Assembly (NCBI GenBank): GCA_964016885.1
Contig: OZ024741.1
Span: 2,976,001 to 3,040,000, forward strand
Direction of reading: 5' to 3'
DNA from: Eledone cirrhosa
Taxonomy: Eukaryota
DNA length: 64,000 nt
The notes below the pieces were generated by a model, which was not told the origin of the DNA, made no database searches, and saw only the letters and a program-made list of their open reading frames with translations. The position numbers were made by a program, and so were the translations under genes. Positions 37,183 to 49,800 of the stretch are shown piece after piece; positions within the stretch are counted from its first letter, which is position 1, and each line of letters opens with the position of its first letter.

Positions 37183-40100
37183 GAAGACCCTTCTACTCTT
37201 CAGCTCCCATGACAGTTTATTCTCTGAATATCTTCTACTGTCCAGTTCTCCTCACACTTTCTTCTTTGAAGATCTTCTACTGTCCAGCTCTCCTCAGACT
37301 TTCTTCTCTGAAGACCTTCTGCTGTCCAGCTCTCCTCACATTTTCTTCTCTGAAGACCTTCTACTGTCCAGCTCTCCTCACAGTTTCTCCTCTGAAGTTC
37401 TACTAATGTCCAGCTCTCCTCACATTTTCTACTCTGAAGACCTACTGTTGTCCAGCTCTCCTCACAGTTTCTTCTCTGAAGACTTTCTGCTGTCCAGCTC
37501 TCCTCACACTTTCTTCTCTGAAGATCTTCTACTGTCCAGCTCTCCTCACAGTTTCTTCTGTGAAGACATTCTACTTTCCAGCTCTCCTCATAATTTCTTC
37601 TCTGAAGACCTTCTGCTGTCCAGCTCTCCTCACAATTTCTTCTCTGAAGACCTTCTACTGTATAGTTCTCCGGACAGTTTCTTCTCTGAAGACCTTCTAC
37701 TGTCCAGCTCTCCTCATGATTTCTTCTCTGAAGACCTTCTACTGTCCAGCTCTCCTCACAGTTTCTTCTGTGAAGACATTCTACTGTCCAGCTCTCCTCA
37801 TAAATTCTTCTCTGAAGACCTGCTGCTGTCCAGCTCTCCTCACACTTTCTTCTTTGAAAACCTTCTACTGTCCAGCTCTCCTCACAGTTTCTTCTCTGAA
37901 GACCTACTGTCCAGCTCTCCTCACAGTTTCTTCTCTGATGTTCTACTACTGTCCATCTCTCCTCATAGTTTCTTCTCTGAAGACCTTCTACTGTCCAGCT
38001 CTCCTCACAGTTTCTTCTCTGAAGATCTTCTACTGTTCAGCTCCCCTGACAGTTTATTCTCTGAAGATCTTCTACTGTCCAGTTCTCCTCACACTTTCTT
38101 CTCTGAAGATCTTCTACTCTCCAGCTCTCCTCACAGTTTCTTCTCTGAAGACCTTCTACTGTCCAGCTCTCCTCACAGTTTCTTCTCTGAAGACCTTCTG
38201 TTGTCCAGCTCTCCTCACAGTTTCTTCTCTGAAGACCTTCTACTGTCCAGCTCTCGTCATCATTTCTTCTCTGCAGACCTTCTACTGTCCAGCTCTCCTC
38301 ACAGTTTCTTCTCTGCAGATTTTCGACTGTCCAGTTCTCCTCACACTTTCTTCTCTGAACACCTTCTACTGTCCAGCTCTCCTCACAGTTTCTTCTCTGA
38401 AGAGCTTCTACCGTTCAGCTCCCCTGGCAGTTTATTCTCTGAAGATCTTCTACTGTCCAGTTCTCCTCATACTTTCTTCTCTGAAGAACTTCTGCTGTCC
38501 AGCTCTCCACACATTTTCTTCTCTGAAGACCTTCTACTGTCCAGCTCTCCTCAAAATTCTTCTCTGAAGTTCTACTAATGTCCAGCTCTACTCACATATT
38601 CTACTCTGAAGACCTTCTGTTGTCCAGCTCTCCTCACAGATTCTTCTCTGAAGACCTTCTACTGTCCAGTTCTCGTCATCATTTCTTCTCTGCAGACCTT
38701 CTACTGTCCAGCTCTCCTCACAGTTTCTTCTCTGCAGATTTTCGACTGTCCAGTTCTCCTCACACTTTCTTCTCTGAACACCTTCTACTGTCCAGCTCTC
38801 CTCACAGTTTCTTCTCTGAAGAGCTTCTACTGTTCAGCTCCCCTGACAGTTTATTCTCTGAAGATCTTCTACTGTCCAGTTCTCCTCATACTTTCTTCTC
38901 TGAAGATCTTCTACTGTCCAGCTCTCCTCACACATTCTTCTCTGAAGAACTTCTGCTGTCCAGCTCTCCTCACATTTTCTTCTCTGAAGACCTTCTACTG
39001 TCCAGCTCTCCTCACAGTTTCTTCTCTGAAGTTCTACTACTGTCCAGCTCTCCTCATATTTTCTTCTCTGAAGACCTTCTACTCTCCAGCTCACCTCACA
39101 GTTTCTTCTCTGAAGAGCTTCTACTGTTCAGCTCCCCTGACAGTTTATTCTCTGAAGATCTTCTACTGTCCAGTTCTCCTCACACTTTCTTCTCTGAAGA
39201 TCTTCTACTCTCCAGCTCTCCTCACACTTTCTTCTCTGAAGTTCTACTAATGTCCAGCTCTCCTCACATTTTCTACTCTGAAGACCTTCTGTTGTCCAGC
39301 TCTCCTCACAGATTCTTCTCTGCAGAGATTCTACTGTCCAGCTCTCCTCATAATTTATTCTCTGAAGACCTTCTGCTGTCCAGCTCTCCTCACAGTTTCT
39401 TCTCTGAAGACCTTCTACTGTCCAGCTCTCCTCACAGTTTCTTCTCTGAAGACCTTCTGTTGTCCAGCTCTCCTCACAGTTTCTTCTCTGAAGACCTTCT
39501 ACTGTCCAGCTCTCGTCATCATTTCTTCTCTGCAGACCTTCTACTGTCCAGCTCTCCTCACAGTTTTTTCTCTGCAGATTTTCGACTGTCCAGTTCTCCT
39601 CACACTTTCTTCTCTGAACACCTTCTACTGTCCAGCTCTCCTCAAAGTTTCTTCTCTGAAGTCCTTCTTCTGTCCAGATCTCCTCACAGTTTCTTCTCTG
39701 AAGACCTTCTACTGTCCAGCTCTCCTCACAGTTTCTTCTCTGAAGAGCTTCTACTGTTCAGCTCCCCTGACAGTTTATTCTCTGAAGATCTTCTACTGTC
39801 CAGTTCTCCTCACACTTTCTTCTCTGAAGATCTTCTACTGTCCAGCTCTCCTCACACTTTCTTCTCTGAAGAACTTCTGCTGTCCAGCTCTCCTCACATT
39901 TTCTTCTCTGAAGACCTTCTACTGTCCAGCTCTCCATACAGTTTCTTCTCTGAAGTTCTACTAATGTCCAGCTCTACTCACATTTTCTACTCTGAAGACC
40001 TTCTGTTGTCCAGCTCTCCTCACAGATTCTTCTCTGAAGAGATTCTACTGTCCAGCTCTCCTCACAGTTTCTTCTGTGAAGACCTTCTGCTGTCCAGCTC

Positions 40101-43100
40101 TCCTCACACTTTCTTCTCTGAAGATCTTCTACAGTCCAGCTCTCCTCACAGTTTCTTCTGTGAAGACATTCTACTGTCCAGCTCTCCTCATAATTTCTTC
40201 TCTGAAGACCTTCTGCTGTCCAGCTCTCCTCACAGTTTCTTCTCTGAACACCTTCTACTGTCTAGCTCTCAGGACAGTTTCTTCTCTGAATACCTTCTAC
40301 TCTCACGCTCTCGTCACAGTTTCTTCTCTGAAGACCTTCTACTGTCCAGCTCTCCTCACAGTTTCTTCTCTGAAGACCTACTGTCCAGCTCTCCTCACAG
40401 TTTCTTTTCTGAAGACATTTTACTGTCCAGTTCTCCTCACACTTTCTTCTTTGAAGACCTTCTACTGTCCAGCTCTCCTCACAGTTTCTTTTCTGAAGAC
40501 ATTCTACTGTCCAGTTCTCCTCACACTTTCTTCTTTGAAGACCTTCTACTGTCCAGCTCTCCTCACAGTTTCTTCTCTGAAGACCTACTGTCCAGCTCTC
40601 CTCACAGTTTCTTTTCTGAAGACCTTCTGCTGCCCAGCACTCCTCACAGTTTCTTCTCTGAACACCTTCTACTGTCCAGCTCTCCTCACAGTTTCTTCTC
40701 TGAAGTCCTTCTTCTCTCCAGCTCTCCTCACAGTTTCTTCTCTGAAGACCTTCTACTGTCCAGCTCTCCTCACAGTTTCTTCTCTGAAGACCCTTCTACT
40801 CTTCAGCTCCCATGACAGTTTATTCTCTGAATATCTTCTACTGTCCAGTTCTCCTCACACTTTCTTCTCTGAAGATCTTCTACTGTCCAGCTCTCCTCAC
40901 ACTTTCTTCTCTGAAGACTTTCTGCTGTCCAGCTCTCCTCACATTTTCTTCTCTGAAGACCTTCTACTGTCCAGCTCTCCTCACATTTTCTACTCTGAAG
41001 ACCTTCTGTTGTCCAGCTCTCCTCACAGTTCCTTCTCTGAAGACCTTCTGCTGTCCAGCTCTCCTCACACTTTCTTCTCTGAAGACCTGCTGCTGTCTAG
41101 CTCTCCTCGCAGTTTCTTCTCTGAAGATCTTCTACTGTCCAGCTCTCCTCACAGTTTCTTCTGTGAAGACATTCTACTTTCCAGCTCTCCTCATAATTTC
41201 TTCTCTGAAGACCTTCTGCTGTCCAGCTCTCCTCACAATTTCTTCTCTGAAGACCTTCTACTGTATAGTTCTCCGGACAGTTTCTTCTCTGAAGACCTTC
41301 TACTCTCCAGCTCTCCTCATGATTTCTTCTCTGAAGACCTTCTACTGTCCAGCTCTCCTCACAGTTTCTTCTGTGAAGACATTCTACTGTCCAGCTCTCC
41401 TCATAATTTCTTCTCTGAAGACCTGCTGCTGTCCAGCTCTCCTCACACTTTCTTCTTTGAAAACCTTCTACTGTCCAGCTCTCCTCACAGTTTCTTCTCT
41501 GAAAACCTACTGTCCAGCTCTCCTCACAGTTTCTTCTCTGATGTTCTACTACTGTCCAGCTCTCCTCATAGTTTCTTCTCTGAAGACCTTCTACTGTCGA
41601 GCTCTCCTCACAGTTTCTTCTCTGAAGAGCTTCTACTGTTCAGCTCCCCTGACAGTTTATTCTCTGAAGATCTTCTACTGTCCAGTTCTCCTCACACTTT
41701 CTTCTCTGAAGATCTTCTACTCTCCAGCTCTCCTCACAGTTTCTTCTCTGAAGACCTTCTACTGTCCAGCTCTCCTCACAGTTTCTTCTCTGAAGACCTT
41801 CTGTTGTCCAGCTCTCCTCACAGTTTCTTCTCTGAAGACCTTCTACTGTCCAGCTCTCGTCATCATTTCTTCTCTGCAGACCTTCTACTGTCCAGCTCTC
41901 CTCACAGTTTCTTCTCTGCAGATTTTCGACTGTCCAGTTCTCCTCACACTTTCTTCTCTGAACACCTTCTACTGTCCAGCTCTCCTCACAGTTTCTTCTC
42001 TGAAGAGCTTCTACCGTTCAGCTCCCCTGACAGTTTATTCTCTGAAGATCTTCTACTGTCCAGTTCTCCTCATACTTTCTTCTCTGAAGAACTTCTGCTG
42101 TCCAGCTCTCCTCACATTTTCTTCTCTGAAGACCTTCTACTGTCCAGCTCTCCTCAAAGTTTCTTCTCTGAAGTTCTACTAATGTCCAGCTCTACTCACA
42201 TTTTCTACTCTGAAGACCTTCTGTTGTCCAGCTCTCCTCACAGATTCTTCTCTGAAGAGATTCTACTGTCCAGCTCTCCTCACACTTTCTTCTCTGAAGA
42301 CCTGCTGCTGTCCAGCTCTCCTCACAGTTTCTTCTCTGAAGATCTTCTACTGTCCAGCTCTTCTCACAGTTTCTTCTGTGAAGACATTCTGCTGTCCAGC
42401 TCTCCTCATAATTTCTTCTCTGAAGACCTTCTGCTGTCCAGCTCTCCTCACAGTTTCTTCTCTGAAGACCTTCTACTGTCTAGCTCTCCGGACAGTTTCT
42501 TCTCTGAAGACCTTCTACTCTCACGCTCTCGTCACAGTTTCTTCTCTGAAGACATTCTACTGTCCAGCTCTCCTCATGATTTCTTCTCTGAAGACCTTCT
42601 ACTGTCCAGCTCTCCTCACAGTTTCTTTTCTGAAGACATTCTACTGTCCAGTTCTCCTCACACTTTCTTCTTTGAAGACCTTCTACTGTCCAGCTCTCCT
42701 CACATTTTCTTCTCTGAAGACCTACTGTCCAACTCTCCTCACAGTTTCTTTTCTGAAGACCTTCTGCTGCCCAGCACTCCTCACAGTTTCTTCTCTGAAC
42801 ACCTTCTACTGTCCAGCTCTCCTCACAGTTTCTTCTCTGAAGACCTTCTACTGTCCAGCTCTCCTCACAGTTTCTTCTCTGAAGAGCTTCTACTGTTCAG
42901 CTCCCCTGACAGTTTATTCTCTGAATATCTTCTACTGTCCAGTTCTCCTCACACTTTCTTCTCTGAAGATCTTCTACTGTCCAGCTCTCCTCACACTTTC
43001 TTCTCTGAAGACCTTCTACTGTCCAGCTCTCCTCACATTTTCTTCTCTGAAGACCTTCTACTGTCCAGCTCTCCTCACAGTTTCTTCTCTGAAGTTCTAC

Positions 43101-46100
43101 TAATGTCCAGCTCTCCTCACATTTTCTACTCTGAAGACCTTCTGTTGTCCAGCTCTCCTCACAGATTCTTCTCTGAAGAGATACTACTGTCCAGCTCTCC
43201 TCACAGTTTCTTCTCTGAAGACCTTCTGCTGTCCAGCTCTCCTCACACTTTCTTCTCTAAAGACCTTCTACTGTCCAGCTCTCCTCACAGTTTCTTCTCT
43301 GAAGACCTTCTGTTGTCCAGCTCTCCTCACAGTTTCTTCTCTGAAGACCTTCTACTGTCCAGCTCTCGTCATCATTTCTTCTCTGCAGACCTTCTACTGT
43401 CCAGCTCTCCTCACAGTTTCTTCTCTGCAGATTTTCGACTGTCCAGTTCTCCTCACACTTTCTTCTCTGAAGACCTTCTGCTGTCCAGCACTCCTCACAG
43501 TTTCTTCTCTGAACATCTTCTACTGTCCAGCTCGCCTCAAATTTCTTCTCTGAAGTCCTTCTTCTGTCCAGATCTCCTCACAGTTTCTTCTCTGAAGACC
43601 TTCTACTGTCCAGCTCTCCTCACAGTTTCTCCTCTGAAGAGCTTCTACTGTTCAGCTCCCCTGACAGTTTATTCTCTGAAGATCTTCTACTGTCCAGTTC
43701 TCCAAACACTTTCTTCTCTGAAGATCTTCTACTGTCCAGCTCTCCTCACACTTTCTTCTCTGAAGAACTTCTGCTGTCCAGATCTCCTCACATTTTCTTC
43801 TCTGAAGACCTTCTGTTGTCCAGCTCTCCTCACACTTTCTTCTCTGAAGACCTTCTACTGTCCAGCTCTCCTCACAGTTTCTTCTGTGAAGACATTCTAC
43901 TGTCCAGCTCTCCTCACAGTTTCTTCTCTGAAGACCTTCTACTCTCACGCTCATGTAACAGTTTCTTCCCTGAAGACCTTCTACTGTCCAGCTCTCCTCA
44001 TGATTTCTTCTCTGAAGACCTTCTACTGTCCAGCTCTCCTCACAGTTTCTTTTCTGAAGACATTCTACTGTCCAGTTCTCCTCACACTTTCTTCTTTGAA
44101 GACCTTCTACTGTCCAGCTCTCCTCACAGTTTCTTTTCTGAAGACCTACTGTCCAGCTCTCCTCACAGTTTCTTTTCTGAAGACCTTCTGCTGCCCAGCA
44201 CTACTCACAGTTTCTTCTCTGAACACCTTCTACTGTCCAGCTCTCCTCACAGTTTCTTCTCTGAAGTCCTTCTTCTGTCCAGCTCTCCTCACAGTTTCTT
44301 CTCTGAAGAGCTTCTACTGTTCAGCTGCCCTGACAGTTTATTCTCTGAATATCTTCTACTGTCCAGTTCTCCTCACACTTTCTTCTCTGAAGATCTTCTA
44401 CTGTCCAGCTCTACTCACATTTTCTACTCTGAAGACCTCCTGTTGTCCAGCTCTCCTCACAGATTCTTCTCTGAAGAGATTCTACTGTCCAGCTCTCCTC
44501 ACAGTTTCTTCTCTGAAGACCTTCTGCTGTCCAGCTCTCCTCACACTTTCTTCTCTGAAGACCTGCTGCTGTCCAGCTCTCCTCACAGTTTCTTCTCTGA
44601 AGATCTTCTACTGTCCAGCTCTCCTCACAGTTTCTTCTGTGAAGACATTCTACTGTCCAGCTCTCCTCACAGTTTCTTCTCTGAAGACCTTCTACTGTCT
44701 AGCTCTCCGGACAGTTTCTTCTCTGAAGACCTTCTACTCTCACGCTCTCGTAACAGTTTCTTCCCTGAAGTCCTTCTTCTGTCCAGCTCTCCTCACAGTT
44801 TCTTCTCTGAAGACCTTCTACTGTCCAGCTCTCCTCACAGTTTCTTCTCTGAAGAGCTTCTACTGTTCAGCTCCCCTGACAGTTTATTCTCTGAATATCT
44901 TCTACTGTCCAGTTCTCCTCACACTTTCTTCTCTGAAGATCTTCTACTGTCCAGCTCTCCTCACACTTTCTTCTCTGAAGACCTTCTGCTGTCCAACTCT
45001 CCTCACATTTTCTTCTCTGAAGACCTTCTACTGTCCAGCTCTCCTCACAGTTTCTTCTCTGAAGTTCTACTAATGTCCAGCTCTCCTCACATTTTCTACT
45101 CTGAAGACCTTCTGTTGTCCAGCTCTCCTCACAGATTCTTCTCTGAAGAGATTCTACTGTCCAGCTCTCCTCACAGTTTCTTCTCTGAAGACCTTCTGCT
45201 GTCCAGCTCTCCTCACAGTTTCTTCTCTGAAGATCTTCTACTGTCCAGCTCTCCTCACAGTTTCTTCTGTGAAGACATTCTACTGTCCAGCTCTCCTCAT
45301 AATTTCTTCTCTGAAGACCTTCTACTGTCCAGCTCTCCTCACAGTTTCTTTTCTGAAGACATTCTACTGTCCAGTTCTCCTCACACTTTCTTCTTTGAAG
45401 ACCTTCTACTGTCCAGCTCTCCTCACAGTTTCTTTTCTGAAGACCTACTGTCCAGCTCTCCTCACATTTTCTTTTCTGAAGACCTTCTGCTGCCCAGCAC
45501 TACTCACAGTTTCTTCTCTGAACACCTTCTACTGTCCAGCTCTCCTCACAGTTTCTTCTCTGAAGTCCTTCTTCTGTCCAGCTCTCCTCACAGTTTCTTC
45601 TCTGAAGACCTTCTACTGTCCAGCTCTCCTCACAGTTTCTTCTCTGAAGAGCTTCTACTGTTCAGCTCCCCTGACAGTTTATTCTCTGAATATCTTCTAC
45701 TGTCCAGTTCTCCTCACACTTTCTTCTCTGAAGATCTTCTACTGTCCAGCTCTACTCACATTTTCTACTCTGAAGACCTCCTGTTGTCCAGCTCTCCTCA
45801 CAGATTCTTCTCTGAAGAGATTCTACTGTCCAGCTCTCCTCACAGTTTCTTCTCTGAAGACCTTCTGCTGTCCAGCTCTCCTCACACTTTCTTCTCTGAA
45901 GACCTGCTGCTGTCCAGCTCTCCTCACAGTTTCTTCTCTGAAAATCTTCTACTGTCCAGCTCTCCTCACAGTTTCTTCTCTGAAGACCTTCTGCTGTCCA
46001 GCTCTCCTCACAGTTTCTTCTCTGAAGACGTTCTGCTGTCCAGCTCTCCTCACATTTTCTTTTCTGAAGACCTTCTGCTGCCCAGCACTACTCACAGTTT

Positions 46101-46899
46101 CTTCTCTGAACACCTTCTACTGTCCAGCTCTCCTCACAGTTTCTTCTCTGAAGTCCTTCTTCTGTCCAGCTCTCCTCACAGTTTCTTCTCTGAAGACCTA
46201 CTGTCCAGCTCTCCTCACTGTTTCTTCTCTGAAGAGCTTCTACTGTTCAGCTCCCCTGACAGTTTATTCTCTGAATATCTTCTACTGTCCAGTTCTCCTC
46301 ACACTTTCTTCTCTGAAGATCTTCTACTGTCCAGCTCTCCTCACACTTTCTTCTCTGAAGACCTTCTGCTGTCCAGCTCTCCTCACATTTTCTTCTCTGA
46401 AGACCTTCTACTGTCCAGCTCTCCTCACAGTTTCTTCTCTGAAGTTCTACTAATGTCCAGCTCTCCTCACATTTTCTACTCTGAAGACCTTCTGTTGTCC
46501 AGCTCTCCTCACAGATTCTTCTCTGAAGGGATTCTACTGTCCAGCTCTCCTCACAGTTTCTTCTCTGAAGACCTTCTGCTGTCCAGCTCTCCTCACAGTT
46601 TCTTCTCTGAAGACGTTCTGCTGTCCAGCTCTCCTCACAGTTTCTTCTCTGAAGATCTTCTACTGTCCAGCTCTCCTCACAGTTTCTTCTGTGAAGACAT
46701 TCTACTGTCCAGCTCTCCTCATAATTTCTTCTCTGAAGACCTTCTGCTGTCCAGCTCTCCTCACAATTTCTTCCCTGAAGACCTTCTACTATCTAGTTCT
46801 CCGGACAGTTTCTTCTCTGAAGACCTTCTACTCTCCAGCTCTTGTCACACTTTCTTCTCTGAAGACCTTCTACTGTCCAGCTCTCCTCACAGTTTCTTC

Positions 46900-49800
46900 T
46901 CTGAAGACCTTCTACTGTCCAGCTCTCCTCACAGTTTCTTCTCTGAAGAGCTTCTACTGTTCAGCTCCCCTGACAGTTTATTCTCTGAATATCTTCTACT
47001 GTCCAGTTCTCCTCACACTTTCTTCTCTGAAGATCTTCTACTGTCCAGCTCTCCTCACACTTTCTTCTCTGAAGACCTTCTGCTGTCCAGCTCTCCTCAC
47101 ATTTTCTTCTCTGAAGACCTTCTACTGTCCAGCTCTCCTCACAGTTTCTTTTCTGAAGACATTCTACTGTCCAGTTCTCCTCACACTTTCTTCTTTGAAG
47201 ACCTTCTGCTGTCCAGCTCTCCTCACAGTTTCTTCTCTGAAGATCTTCTACTGTCCAGCTCTCCTCACAGTTTCTTCTGTGTAGACATTCTACTGTCCAG
47301 CTCTCCTCATAATTTCTTCTCTGAAGACCTTCTGCTGTCCAGCTCTCCTCACAGTTTCTTTTCTGAAGACATTCTACTGTCCAGTTCTCCTCACACTTTC
47401 TTCTTTGAAGACCTTCTACTGTCCAGCTCTCCTCACAGTTTCTTTTCTGAAGACCTACTGTCCAGCTCTCCTCACAGTTTCTTTTCTGAAGACCTTCTGC
47501 TGCCCAGCACTACTCACAGTTTCTTCTCTGAACACCTTCTACTGTCCAGCTCTCCTCACAGTTTCTTCTCTGAAGTCCTTCTTCTGTCCAGCTCTCCTCA
47601 CAGTTTCTTCTCTGAAGACCTTCTACTGTCCAGCTCTCCTCACAGTTTCTTCTCTGAAGAGCTTCTACTGTTCAGCTCCCCTGACAGTTTATTCTCTGAA
47701 TATCTTCTACTGTCCAGTTCTCCTCACACTTTCTTCTCTGAAGATCTTCTACTGTCCAGCTCTACTCACATTTTCTACTCTGAAGACCTCCTGTTGTCCA
47801 GCTCTCCTCACAGATTCTTCTCTGAAGAGATTCTACTGTCCAGCTCTCCTCACAGTTTCTTCTCTGAAGACCTTCTGCTGTCCAGCTCTCCTCACACTTT
47901 CTTCTCTGAAGACCTGCTGCTGTCCAGCTCTCCTCACAGTTTCTTCTCTGAAGATCTTCTACTGTCCAGCTCTCCTCACAGTTTCTTCTGTGAAGACATT
48001 CTACTGTCCAGCTCTCCTCACAGTTTCTTCTCTGAAGACCTTCTACTGTCTAGCTCTCCGGACAGTTTCTTCTCTGAAGACCTTCTACTCTCACGCTCTC
48101 GTAACAGTTTCTTCCCTGAAGACCTTCTACTGTCCAGCTCTCCTCATGATTTCTTCTCTGAAGACCTTCTACTGTCCAGCTCTCCTCACAGTTTCTTTTC
48201 TGAAGACATTCTACTGTCCAGTTCTCCTCACACTTTCTTCTTTGAAGACCTTCTACTGTCCAGCTCTCCTCACAGTTTCTTTTCTGAAGACCTACTGTCC
48301 AGCTCTCCTCACAGTTTCTTTTCTGAAGATCTTCTACTGTCCAGCTCTCCTCATAATTTCTTCTCTGAAGACCTTCTGCTGTCCAGCTCTCCTCACAGTT
48401 TCTTTTCTGAAGACATTCTACTGTCCAGTTCTCCTCACACTTTCTTCTTTGAAGACCTTCTACTGTCCAGCTCTCCTCACAGTTTCTTTTCTGAAGACCT
48501 ACTCTCCAGCTCTCCTCACAGTTTCTTTTCTGAAGATCTTCTACTGTCCAGTTCTCCTCACACTTTCTTCTCTGAAGATCTTCTACTGTCCAGCTCTCCT
48601 CACACTTTCTTCTCTGAAGACCTTCTGCTGTCCAGCTCTCCTCACATTTACTTCTCTGAAGACCTTCTACTGTCCAGCTCTCCTCACAGTTTCTTCTCTG
48701 AAGTTCTACTAATGTCCAGCTCTCCTCACATTTTCTACTCTGAAGACCTTCTGTTGTCTAGCTCTCCTCACAGATTCTTCTCTGAAGAGATTCTACTGTC
48801 CAGCTCTCCTCACAGTTTCTTCTCTGAAGACCTTCTGCTGTCCAGCTCTCCTCACAGTTTCTTCTCTGAAGACCTTCTGCTGTCCAGCTCTCCTCACAGT
48901 TTCTTCTGTAAAGACATTCTACTGTCCAGCTCTCCTCATAATTTCTTCTCTGAAGACCTTCTGCTGTCCAGCTCTCCTCACAAGTTCTTCTCTGTAGACC
49001 TTCTACTATCTAGTTCTCCGGACAGTTTCTTCTCTGAAGACCTTCTATTCTCCAGCTCTTGTCACACTTTCTTCTCTGAAGACCTTCTACTGTCCAGCTC
49101 TCCTCACAGTTTCTTCTCTGAAGACCTTCTACTGTCCAGCTCTCCTCACAGTTTCTTCTCTGAAGAGCTTCTACTGTTCAGCTCCCCTGACAGTTTATTC
49201 TCTGAATATCTTCTACTGTCCAGTTCTCCTCACACTTTCTTCTCTGAAGATCTACTACTGTCCAGCTCTCCTCACACTTTCTTCTCTGAAGACCTTCTGC
49301 TGTCCAGCTCTCCTCACATTTTCTTCTCTGAAGACCTTCTACTGTCCAGCTCTCCTCACAGTTTCTTTTCTGAAGACATTCTACTGTCCAGTTCTCCTCA
49401 CAGATTCTTCTCTGAAGAGATTCTACTGTCCAGCTCTCCTCACAGTTTCTTCTCTGAAGACCTTCTGCTGTCCAGCTCTCCTCACAGTTTCTTCTCTGAA
49501 GACCTTCTGCTGTCCAGCTCTCCTCACAGTTTCTTCTCTGAAGATCTTCTACTGTCCTGCTCTCCTCACAGTTTCTTCTGTGAAGACATTCTACTGTCCA
49601 GCTCTCCTCATAATTTCTTCTCTGAAGACCTTCTGCTGTCCAGCTCTCCTCACAGTTTCTTTTCTGAAGACATTCTACTGTCCAGTTCTCCTCACACTTT
49701 CTTCTTTGAAGACCTTCTACTGTCCAGCTCTCCTCACAGTTTCTTTTCTGAAGACCTACTGTCCAGCTCTCCTCACAGTTTCTTTTCTGAAGACCTTCTG

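Larger units (their letters stand above)
13333..43540. repeat. Central HOR domain delimited by a 43-bp marker monomer
   Basis: The marker GAAGACCCTTCTACT(G/C)TTCAGCTC(C/A)CATGACAG has its ATG at 13359, 16417, 20063, 22704, 26350, 28991, 30459, 33100, 34568, 37209 and 40812. PstI-bearing CTGCAGATTTTCGA monomers are confined to about 14.4-43.4 kb. Confidence 0.93.
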
